A program made the position numbers and the translations under genes. The notes below the pieces were generated by a model that had not been told where the DNA came from, ran no database searches, and was given only the letters and a program-made list of their open reading frames with translations. Below are positions 39,541 through 46,631 of a stretch of 46,631 nucleotides of DNA, piece after piece. Source of the DNA: a virus; IMG/VR virus record IMGVR_UViG_3300033412_000025. One strand, written 5' to 3'. How positions within the stretch are numbered: position 1 is the stretch's first letter; the number at the start of each line of letters is the position of its first letter.

Positions 39541-39788
39541 TGGAGTGGCGGGACATATCAACCGCACCGAAGGACGGAACGTGGATATTGGCTTACCAGC
39601 CTTGTGAATGGGGGCCGAGCGTCCAAGTTGTTCGCTGGGGCCATCCCCAATGGGGGTATCCAGACGATGATATGACTTGGGTGACTATTGATCTTGGACC
39701 AAATCCTGACACGATGGAATTGCGAGACGCAACCCATTGGATGCCGCTGCCGGACGGGCCGACACAACCCATATTGCCACAGCCCTGA
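39537..39788 (+). CDS. DUF551 protein (83 aa)
   Basis: WRDISTAPKDGT...THWMPLP is the DUF551 signature. Confidence 0.75.
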   Translation: MMEWRDISTAPKDGTWILAYQPCEWGPSVQVVRWGHPQWGYPDDDMTWVTIDLGPNPDTMELRDATHWMPLPDGPTQPILPQP

Positions 39789-39990
39789 TACATCGCTATC
39801 CTTCGCGCCACGCGCCGAGGTATGCCGGACAACACGAAATCGCCGGTAACCCATAAGCCGCCGTTCAGGTTCGCCCCGCATAGCGGCGACCGCCCCTGCG
39901 TAAGCCATTCCCGCGACGAGGCACGCCTCTAGCATCCCCACGGTTCCGGCTGTGGGGCTTCCCCATTGCAACACCAGACGGTGACTTCGC

Positions 39991-40230
39991 ATGTCCACCA
40001 CCCTTTCCATTCCCGCCCGCAATGCCAGCGCGGTCACAGCATCAGACAGCACAGCCCTGTCCGGTGTTCGTGGCGTCTACGTAGGCGGCGCAGGCAACCT
40101 CGCCGTCCGCTTCATAGGCGGCGCAACCGTCACCCTCGCCGCCGTTCCCGCCGGAACGCTGCTGCCGCTCATGGTGGATCGCATCATGTCCACCAACACG
40201 ACAGCAACCGACATCGTGGCGCTTTACTGA
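39991..40230 (+). CDS. Small conserved phage protein (79 aa), first gene of the late operon
   Basis: Beta-rich, Ala/Gly/Val-rich. TGATG coupling to terS. Confidence 0.6.
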   Translation: MSTTLSIPARNASAVTASDSTALSGVRGVYVGGAGNLAVRFIGGATVTLAAVPAGTLLPLMVDRIMSTNTTATDIVALY

Positions 40231-40583
40231 TGACTGAAAACACTCCCGTTTCAGATAAGCCGTGGCTGTGGAAGCCCGGCCAAACGGGAAACCCCGGCGG
40301 TCGTCCGAAGGGCATCGCCGCGAAAGCCCGCGAACACACAGACAAGGCGGTCGAGGTTCTCGTCGCCGGAATGAACGATGAAGACGCGCGGGTTCGCATC
40401 GCCGCTGCGCGCGAAATCCTTGATCGCGGATATGGCAAAGCAGTCGCGGTAACGGCGGACCTGTCCAACAAACTGGACGATCTGGATGACGATGCCCTTG
40501 ACGCTGCCATTGATGCCATCCGCGAAGCTATCCGAGGTGCTAACGCGCCTGGAGGCGGAGAAGGACAGACGCGAGCGCACTAA
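40230..40583 (+). CDS. terS: Terminase small subunit (DUF5681-type, 117 aa)
   Basis: WKPGQTGNPGGRPKG motif; located upstream of terL. Confidence 0.6.
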   Translation: MTENTPVSDKPWLWKPGQTGNPGGRPKGIAAKAREHTDKAVEVLVAGMNDEDARVRIAAAREILDRGYGKAVAVTADLSNKLDDLDDDALDAAIDAIREAIRGANAPGGGEGQTRAH

Positions 40584-41181
40584 CCGGCTCGCGCATTATC
40601 GGCCTTACCCCAAGCAGCTTGAGTTCTACGCGACCGGCACAACGTCGCGGGAACGCCTGCTGATGGCGGCGAACCAAGTGGGCAAGTCTTACTGCGGCGC
40701 GTTCGAGGTGGCCTACCATCTCACGGGCCGCTATCCCGACTGGTGGCCCGGTAAGCGGTTCAACCGCCCTGTCAACTGGTGGGCGGCGTCTGACACGTCT
40801 GAGACCACGCGGGACACGGTGCAGCGCAACCTTGTTGGCCCGCCGCAGATACAGAGCGAATGGGGAACGGCTGCGATCCCTGCTGACTGCATCCTGGACC
40901 ATTCCCGCCGCATGGGCGTGGCGGACGCCTTGGACACCATCACGGTAAAGCATGTGTCCGGCGGATACTCGACCTTGGGCTTCAAGTCCTACGACCAAGG
41001 GCGGCAGAAGTGGCAGGGCACCGTCAAGGACGGCATCTGGATGGACGAGGAGCCGCCGCTCGACATCTACACCGAAGCGTTAACGCGCACGAACACAGTG
41101 CCGGACGCGACCATCATGCTGACCTTCACGCCGCTTCTCGGGATGTCGGAGGTCGTGCACATGTTCTTGGACAGTGAATGA
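40486..41181 (+). CDS. terL: Terminase large subunit, ATPase domain ORF (231 aa; start uncertain, overlaps terS)
   Basis: Walker A MAANQVGKS, Walker B GIWMDEEP, coupling motif TFTPLLGMS. Ends at TGA 41179-41181. Confidence 0.85.
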   Translation: MTMPLTLPLMPSAKLSEVLTRLEAEKDRRERTNRLAHYRPYPKQLEFYATGTTSRERLLMAANQVGKSYCGAFEVAYHLTGRYPDWWPGKRFNRPVNWWAASDTSETTRDTVQRNLVGPPQIQSEWGTAAIPADCILDHSRRMGVADALDTITVKHVSGGYSTLGFKSYDQGRQKWQGTVKDGIWMDEEPPLDIYTEALTRTNTVPDATIMLTFTPLLGMSEVVHMFLDSE

Positions 41182-41933
41182 CCCGCAGCGTCACGCGGAT
41201 GACGATAGACGACGCTGAGCACCTTTCGCCGGAGCGCCGCGCTGAAATCATCGCATCCTACCCGCCGCATGAAGTGGAAGCGCGGACCAAAGGCATTCCC
41301 GTTCTTGGGTCGGGCCGCATCTTCCCGGTTACGGAGGAAAGCCTGTCGGTCGAAGCGTTCCCGATCCCCCGGCATTGGGCGCTGATAGGCGGTCTGGACT
41401 TCGGCTGGGACCATCCGACCGCCGCTGTCACGCTGGCGCACGACCGGGACGCGGATGTTCTGTATGTCTGCACCGCCTACAAGCGCCGTCAGGCCACGCC
41501 GCTCGAACACGCGGCGGCGCTGAAGCCTTGGGGCGGCTTTCCGTGGGCATGGCCGCATGACGGCCTGCATTCGATGAAGAACGGCGGCGCGTCGTTCAAG
41601 GAACAGTATTCGGACGCGGGCCTGACGATGCTGGCGCAACACGCCACGCACCCGGACGGCGGTTATGGGGTCGAGGCGGGCATCAGCCAGATGCTGCTGC
41701 GGATGCAGACCGGGCGGTTCAAGGTGTTTGCGCACCTGACCGACTGGTGGTCGGAATTCCGTCTCTATCACCGCAAGGACGGACTGATCGTCAAGGAACG
41801 TGACGACATCATGGATGCGACCCGCACGGCGGTCATGATGCTGCGGTTCGCGGAGCCGCCGGAAATCTACGAAGGCGACTGGTGGTCAGGCGGTCACGGC
41901 TACAGGGGCCGATCGGACGCAACGGGGTATTGA
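41178..41933 (+). CDS. terL: Terminase large subunit, RNaseH-like nuclease domain ORF (251 aa), in the -1 frame relative to the ATPase ORF
   Basis: GLDFGWDHPTA and DDIMDATR are the acidic catalytic blocks. The ATG overlaps the ATPase ORF stop (ATGA). Confidence 0.85.
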   Translation: MTRSVTRMTIDDAEHLSPERRAEIIASYPPHEVEARTKGIPVLGSGRIFPVTEESLSVEAFPIPRHWALIGGLDFGWDHPTAAVTLAHDRDADVLYVCTAYKRRQATPLEHAAALKPWGGFPWAWPHDGLHSMKNGGASFKEQYSDAGLTMLAQHATHPDGGYGVEAGISQMLLRMQTGRFKVFAHLTDWWSEFRLYHRKDGLIVKERDDIMDATRTAVMMLRFAEPPEIYEGDWWSGGHGYRGRSDATGY

Positions 41934-41936
41934 AGC

Positions 41937-43937
41937 TTGGAAACACTGCTTGCCCTGTTGGGTGTGGACAACATCGCGGACATTCTCCCGCAGGAAAGGC
42001 TTGACGCCATTTCCAATGAGGCGCTGCGCGACCACGACATCGACTGGGAGTCGATGAAGGACTGGCGCACGAAGATGCAGAAGGGCATCGACCTTGCGTC
42101 ACTGGTGAAGGAAGAAAAAACCTACCCGTTCGAGAAGGCGTCGAACGTCCGCTATCCGCTCATCACGACGGCGGCGCTTCAGTTCAACGCGCGGGCCTAT
42201 CCGGCGGTGGTTCCGGCGACGGAGCCTGTCAAGACGAAGGTGTATGGGCGGGACGAAGGCGGCGGCAAGGCGGCGCGGGCCGAGCGCGTGTCGCAGCACA
42301 TGTCTTGGCAACTGTCGGCGCAGGTTGAGGAATGGGAGGAAACCGTTGACGAACTGCTGACGGTGCTTCCCATCGTCGGCACGGTCGTCAAGAAGATATG
42401 GCACGACCCTGTTATTGGCCGTGCGCGTTGCCGGAACATCAAGCCCGCCGCGTTCGTCATCAATGCCTCGGCGCAGACGCTGGAAGACGCCCCGCGCGTT
42501 GGGGAAATCCTGTCGCTCTATCCGGTGGAGATAAAGACCCGCCGCCTGTCCGGCATCTTCCGGGATGTGGACTACGTGGAGGACACCGGGGACGACAAGG
42601 AAAAGGTGCAGGAGTTCATCGAACAGCACCGCCGGATTGATCTGGACGAGGACGGCTACCCGGAACCCTACATCGTCACGGTTCACAAGAAGTCGCAGAA
42701 GGTCGCGCGCATTGTCGCGGACTTCACGGAAAGCGACATCGTGGCGGCGGGCGGGCGCATCCTTCAAATCCGGCGCGGGTCGTATTTCGTGCCGTATCAC
42801 TTCCTGCCGCCGATCAACGGGGGCTTCTTCGGGACGGGCCTTGGCTTCCTGCTGGGGGACATTTCGGAGGCCATCAACACCATCATCAACATGCTGGTGG
42901 ACGCGGGCCACATGGCCTCGCGCGGCGGCGGCTTCATCGGGTCGGAATTCCGCATCAAGGGCGGGGCGGAGCAGTTCCGTCCGGGCGAATGGCGGCTGAC
43001 GCAAAGCCGTGGCGCGGACGTGAAGAACGCCATCGTGCCGCTGACCTTCCCCGGCCCTGACGCCACGCTGTTCGCCCTGCTGGGGCTGCTGATCGACGCG
43101 GGCAAGGAAGTGGCGTCCGTGAAGGACATTCTCACCGGGGACGTGGGCGGCAAGCAGATGACGGCCACCACGACGATGGCCCTGATCGAACAGGGGCTGG
43201 CCGTGTTCACCGCCGCCTACAAGCGGATTTTCCGGTCGCTGAAGCGCGAGTTCAAGCTGTTCGCGCAGATCAACGCGCAGACGGTTTCGATTGAGGCTTA
43301 CAGCGCCTTCCATGACCTGAAGCACCCGGAAACGGGTGAGGTCGTCCCGATTGATCCGAAGTCCGACTATTCGATGGCGGACATGGACATTGAACCCGTG
43401 GCCGACCCGGCGTCCGTGACGCGGATGCAGGAGGCGGCCAAGGCGCAGATCGTCATGCAGCTCGCCGAAATGGGGCTGGTTGACCGGAACGAGGCGGCAG
43501 AGCGGGTGCTTCAGTCCGCCAACATACCGGAGACGGAGGCTCTGCTTCCGAAGCCGGACCCGATGCAGCAGATGATGATGCAGGCGCAGGCGCAGGCCGC
43601 GCAGGCGGACTTGGTGCTGAAGGCGGTGGCGATTGAACAGGCCCGCGCGGAAGTCGAACGGACCCGCTCGGAGACGCTGAAGAACGTGACGGATGCGGCC
43701 TCGGCTGAACATTCGGCGCGTCTTGATGAACTGGCACTGATGCTCAAGGCGGTAAGCGATGGACTTAAACAATCTGTCGGATCGGGACCTGGCCGAATGG
43801 CGGGTTCACCCGGTAACGGCGGCGGTGGCAACGGCCCTGCGGTCCATGTTGCAGGCCCAGCGATCATCGGCGACCCGCGCCTATTGGGCGGGCAACCCGT
43901 GGCCGGAGGCGGACAGGGCGGCGGTTTTGCGATGTGA
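41937..43937 (+). CDS. Portal protein (666 aa, TTG start as in the track)
   Basis: Size, position directly after terL, and a Gly-rich C-terminal tail. The start codon is not certain. Confidence 0.7.
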   Translation: METLLALLGVDNIADILPQERLDAISNEALRDHDIDWESMKDWRTKMQKGIDLASLVKEEKTYPFEKASNVRYPLITTAALQFNARAYPAVVPATEPVKTKVYGRDEGGGKAARAERVSQHMSWQLSAQVEEWEETVDELLTVLPIVGTVVKKIWHDPVIGRARCRNIKPAAFVINASAQTLEDAPRVGEILSLYPVEIKTRRLSGIFRDVDYVEDTGDDKEKVQEFIEQHRRIDLDEDGYPEPYIVTVHKKSQKVARIVADFTESDIVAAGGRILQIRRGSYFVPYHFLPPINGGFFGTGLGFLLGDISEAINTIINMLVDAGHMASRGGGFIGSEFRIKGGAEQFRPGEWRLTQSRGADVKNAIVPLTFPGPDATLFALLGLLIDAGKEVASVKDILTGDVGGKQMTATTTMALIEQGLAVFTAAYKRIFRSLKREFKLFAQINAQTVSIEAYSAFHDLKHPETGEVVPIDPKSDYSMADMDIEPVADPASVTRMQEAAKAQIVMQLAEMGLVDRNEAAERVLQSANIPETEALLPKPDPMQQMMMQAQAQAAQADLVLKAVAIEQARAEVERTRSETLKNVTDAASAEHSARLDELALMLKAVSDGLKQSVGSGPGRMAGSPGNGGGGNGPAVHVAGPAIIGDPRLLGGQPVAGGGQGGGFAM

Positions 43938-44013
43938 GGCACTGGTCGAAGACATGTTCGAAGCCAGCGCGGAAGACTTCAAGAAGGCGATGGAGATGAT
44001 GAATGAACACTAG
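43759..44013 (+). CDS. Hypothetical head-module protein (84 aa), overlapping the portal 3' end by 179 nt in the +1 frame
   Basis: High GC3 in this frame across the overlap. In-frame TAA two codons upstream of the ATG. Confidence 0.6.
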   Translation: MDLNNLSDRDLAEWRVHPVTAAVATALRSMLQAQRSSATRAYWAGNPWPEADRAAVLRCEALVEDMFEASAEDFKKAMEMMNEH

Positions 44014-44317
44014 CGGGATTTCCTGCTTGGAATTCAACGTCCTGGTCAAACAGGACGAGGTTGAGACGAAGACCAAGGGCGGGCTGATGAAGCCCGACGA
44101 CATCGTGGACCGGGAAAAGCACAGCCAGACGATGGGCTACATCGTGGACGTGTCGCCCCTTGCGTTCAACGAGGACATTTTCCCGCCGGGGATGGAAAGG
44201 CCGAAGCCGGGGGACCGGATCGCCTTTGCCCGTCATGCGGGCGTGTTCATCACCGGGCTGGACGGCAAGGAATACCGGGTCGTCAAGGACAAAGATGTGG
44301 TTGCGAGGATCGGATGA
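44003..44317 (+). CDS. GroES/Cpn10-like co-chaperonin (104 aa)
   Basis: VLVKQDEVETKTKGGL versus GroES VIVKRKEVETKSAGGI; also GYIVDV and KPGDRIAF blocks. Confidence 0.65.
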   Translation: MNTSGISCLEFNVLVKQDEVETKTKGGLMKPDDIVDREKHSQTMGYIVDVSPLAFNEDIFPPGMERPKPGDRIAFARHAGVFITGLDGKEYRVVKDKDVVARIG

Positions 44318-45171
44318 CAGACGAAACCATCGAGCAGCTTCCGCAGGAAGAAGGGCAGCAGCCCGCGCCTGCGGTTGAGACGAACGACGAGGCTGCGGCG
44401 GCGGCTGAGGCCGAAGCGGCGGCGGAAGCCCGGAAGTATGGGTGGAAGCCGAAGGAAGAATTCAACCTCGCCCCGGAAGGCTGGGTGGACGCCAAGCGGT
44501 TCCTTGAACTGCCGTCCACGATGGTCAAGCAGCTTCGCGACCAGAAGCGCGACCTCGACCGGCAACTGAAGGAACGCGACGAACGGCTTGAACGCATCGG
44601 CGGCGTGACGCAGCAGGCCATCGAACGGGTGCGCCAGCAGGAGCGCCAGCAATACGAGGCCAAGATCGCCGAATTCGAGCGCGCCAAGCGGGAAGCGGCG
44701 GAACTTGGGGACGTGACCAAGTATGACCAGCTTTCCGAGCAGCAGCGTTCGGTGAAGCCCCCGGCCCCGATTGCGGCCCCGGTAGCGGCACCGGCGAACG
44801 AGGTGCAGGAGTATCTGAAGACGACCAAGTGGGCGGCGGACCCGGCGGCAATGACGCTGGCGCGCGGCCTGATCGACAGCGACCCGGCGGCGCTCACGCT
44901 GCCCCCCTTGCGGCAGGTGCAATGGGCGGAACGGAAGCTGAAGGAATACTACCCGGACTACTTCGACACGCCCGCCGCGACCGCTACGGCAACGGTTCCG
45001 GGCAAGGCGCGGGTGGACGCCGGGGGCCTTGGGGTCATCACGCAGAAGCGCGGGCGCACGGCGGACGATCTGCCCGCTGACGCCCGTTCGGTGGGCCAGT
45101 CCTTCGTGAAGGACGGCCTTTTCAAGACATTGGACGAATACGCGGCCGCGTATTTCGAGCAGGGAGCCTGA
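44314..45171 (+). CDS. Scaffolding protein candidate (285 aa)
   Basis: Acidic N-terminus, long charged coiled coil, located between portal and capsid. No prohead protease gene is present. Confidence 0.6.
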   Translation: MTDETIEQLPQEEGQQPAPAVETNDEAAAAAEAEAAAEARKYGWKPKEEFNLAPEGWVDAKRFLELPSTMVKQLRDQKRDLDRQLKERDERLERIGGVTQQAIERVRQQERQQYEAKIAEFERAKREAAELGDVTKYDQLSEQQRSVKPPAPIAAPVAAPANEVQEYLKTTKWAADPAAMTLARGLIDSDPAALTLPPLRQVQWAERKLKEYYPDYFDTPAATATATVPGKARVDAGGLGVITQKRGRTADDLPADARSVGQSFVKDGLFKTLDEYAAAYFEQGA

Positions 45172-45173
45172 AC

Positions 45174-45629
45174 ATGGCGCGCGAAGAAATCACCACGGAA
45201 CGTCGTCGCCGGAATTCGGACGGGCTGCAAGGCTTTCGTGGCCGTCTTAGCCTGAACGACGAACACCTCGACACGGAGAACTTCACCTATCGCTGGGTGA
45301 ACGACAACGGGACGAGGATTTACGACCTGACCCAACGCGACGACTGGGAAGTTGTCGTGGACCGGGAGGGAAAGCTGAAAACCGATGGCGCAGGCATGGG
45401 CGCAGAGACATCCGTGCCGGTAGGACTTGGCGAGCAGGGAAAGGCGCTGAAAGCCGTCCTTCTCCGCAAGCCGAAGAAATACCACGAAGACGATGAACGC
45501 GCCAAACAGTCGCGAATTGATGCACTCGAAGCCAGCCTGAAGACCGGGGCGGTCCCCGGCCAGGAGGCGGGCGGGCGGGCCTATGTGCCGCAAGGTGGTA
45601 TCACCTTCGACCACGGGTCGCGCAAGTAA
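45174..45629 (+). CDS. Hypothetical head-module protein (151 aa)
   Basis: Coding-like composition, compact spacing. Confidence 0.6.
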   Translation: MAREEITTERRRRNSDGLQGFRGRLSLNDEHLDTENFTYRWVNDNGTRIYDLTQRDDWEVVVDREGKLKTDGAGMGAETSVPVGLGEQGKALKAVLLRKPKKYHEDDERAKQSRIDALEASLKTGAVPGQEAGGRAYVPQGGITFDHGSRK

Positions 45630-45657
45630 CATCAACCCTTGTCAGGAGTGAGCCATC

Positions 45658-46242
45658 ATGGCTAACACCAACGCTGCGAGTGGGCTTCGCCCCATTCGTT
45701 ACCTCAGCGGTGCACCCTACAGCGGCGCGGCGAACAAGTATTGCATCCCCGCGTCTGACGGCACCGCTGTTTACATCGGGGGGCTTGTGAAGCCCGCCGG
45801 TTCTGCTGACGCGGACGGCATCATGACCGTGACCGGCAACGTCTCGACGGGCAACGCCGTCGTCGGCGTCGTGGTCGGGTTCGTGCCAGAAACCGCGCAG
45901 TCCACGATCTACCGTGAGGCATCGACCCTGCGGTATGTGTGGGTTGCGGACGACCCGAACCTGATCTTTGCCGCGCAGGAAGATGCGGTCGGCGGGGCGC
46001 TTGCCGTTACGGCGGTGGGCAACTCGGCGGACCTCATTTCCTTCACGACGGGCTCCACGGTCACGGGCCGTTCGTCCATGCAGGTGGACACCTCGACGGC
46101 CACGGCCTCCGGTGACGGCACCGAGGACGTGCTGATCGTCGGGTTCGTGCAGCGGGTGGACAACGAAGTTGGCGTTGCGAACGCCAAGGTTCTCGTCCGC
46201 CTCAACAACCACTTCTACATCGACGGCCAGGCCGGCGCGTAA
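45658..46242 (+). CDS. Hypothetical structural protein (194 aa), possible capsid decoration/accessory protein
   Basis: AGGAG ribosome-binding site, beta-rich Gly/Val/Thr composition, immediately upstream of the capsid gene. Confidence 0.6.
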   Translation: MANTNAASGLRPIRYLSGAPYSGAANKYCIPASDGTAVYIGGLVKPAGSADADGIMTVTGNVSTGNAVVGVVVGFVPETAQSTIYREASTLRYVWVADDPNLIFAAQEDAVGGALAVTAVGNSADLISFTTGSTVTGRSSMQVDTSTATASGDGTEDVLIVGFVQRVDNEVGVANAKVLVRLNNHFYIDGQAGA

Positions 46243-46254
46243 GGGGGACATGAA

Positions 46255-46631
46255 ATGAGCGTCATCACAACCGGCGCACATCCCAAGGCCCTTTGGCCCG
46301 GTGTGCACAAGTTCGTCATGGGCGAATACAGCCAGTATCCGACCGAATACGACCAGATTTTCGACATGGAAAATTCCTCGATGGCTTACGAGGAAGATGT
46401 CGAGACCTATGGTTTTGGCCTCGCGCAGGTCAAGTCGGAAGGCGGCGGCGTTGCCTATGACAGCCACAACCAGGGCTTCACGAAGCGTTACACCCACGTC
46501 GCCTATGGGCTTGGGTATATCGTCACCCGTGAAGAACTGGACGACAACCTCTACAAGTCGCGTTCCTTCAAGCGCGGCAAGATGCTGACCTTCTCCTTCC
46601 GCACCACGAAGGAGATTGTCGCGGCGAACAT
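46255..46631 (+). CDS. Major capsid protein, N-terminal part (runs off the window end; continues at nt 128 of the circle, i.e. 1-659)
   Basis: ATG 46255 preceded by GGGGGA. No stop before the window end; the frame is continuous with 3-659. Confidence 0.7.
   Translation, partial: MSVITTGAHPKALWPGVHKFVMGEYSQYPTEYDQIFDMENSSMAYEEDVETYGFGLAQVKSEGGGVAYDSHNQGFTKRYTHVAYGLGYIVTREELDDNLYKSRSFKRGKMLTFSFRTTKEIVAAN
46505..46631. repeat. Terminal overlap, copy 2 (identical to 1-127)
   Basis: Base-by-base comparison. Confidence 0.95.

Larger units (their letters stand above)
1..46631. mobile_element. Complete temperate phage genome (podovirus-like), circularly closed; unique length 46504 bp
   Basis: Full set of terminase, portal, scaffold, capsid, tail hub, fibres, lysis, integrase, repressor/cro and recombination genes. 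The window ends overlap by 127 identical nt. Confidence 0.85.

Noticed and set aside
39558-40052. 164-aa minus-strand ORF covering the late-operon leader.
   Set aside because: It is antisense to DUF551 and to the first late gene, has no start context and has shadow-frame composition.
41165-41181. Programmed -1 ribosomal frameshift joining the two TerL ORFs.
   Set aside because: There is no X-XXY-YYZ slippery heptamer and no downstream structure. The -1 frame is closed by a TGA directly upstream of the ATG, so only a shift at a single codon could work. An indel or true split is more likely.
43748-43761. GGCGGTAAGCGATG resembles the E. coli RfaH ops element GGCGGTAGnnTG.
   Set aside because: It has one extra base relative to ops, lies deep inside the portal gene rather than in an operon leader, and ops specificity is not expected to transfer to a distant NusG paralogue. 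It is probably chance in GC-rich DNA.
1-46631. CRISPR arrays, tRNA/tmRNA genes, rRNA and transposase/IS elements.
   Set aside because: By eye I saw no regularly spaced direct repeats, no T-arm-like GGTTCGAAT-type motifs with matching acceptor stems, and no transposase-like ORFs. A tRNAscan/Infernal run would be needed to exclude small RNAs formally.

Overview
The window is one complete, circularly closed phage genome. Nt 1-127 are identical to nt 46505-46631, so the unique length is 46504 bp. It is GC-rich (about 60-65% by eye) and looks like a temperate podovirus, probably of an alphaproteobacterium. That host guess is an inference from gene families (TIGR02594 lysins, DUF1376, DnaA-domain-IV protein) and from composition.

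Two divergent transcription arms leave a CI/Cro-type switch at about 34.38 kb.

Rightward arm: a leaderless cro-like gene, tandem terminators, small early genes, RusA, a DUF1376 protein, a DnaA-domain-IV HTH protein, a NusG/RfaH-like regulator and DUF551. After a 200-bp leader come TerS, a TerL split into ATPase and nuclease ORFs, portal, a GroES-like protein and scaffold. The capsid gene follows and wraps the window end. Next are a P22 gp4/gp10-like tail hub, an ejection-protein block with a virion lysin, and four fibre/spike genes including 1221-aa and 1581-aa multidomain enzymes. The arm ends with the lysis cassette: endolysin, holin and overlapping spanins.

Leftward arm: small ORFs and lipoproteins, an Erf-SSB-NinB recombination module, a C5-methyltransferase, an HNH protein, a low-GC RtcB RNA ligase, an Xis-like HTH protein and a tyrosine integrase. 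About 20 tiny tightly coupled accessory ORFs follow, behind their own consensus promoter and operator.

The arms converge at 21464-21520. Only two genes break the strand logic: a free-standing HNH endonuclease at 1361-2014 and a candidate 43-aa membrane ORF at 9578-9709.

I found no rRNA, tRNA, CRISPR array or reverse transcriptase. All functional calls rest on motifs recognised by eye and on gene order; no database search was run. Many long antisense ORFs in the track are GC-rich shadow frames and were ignored.
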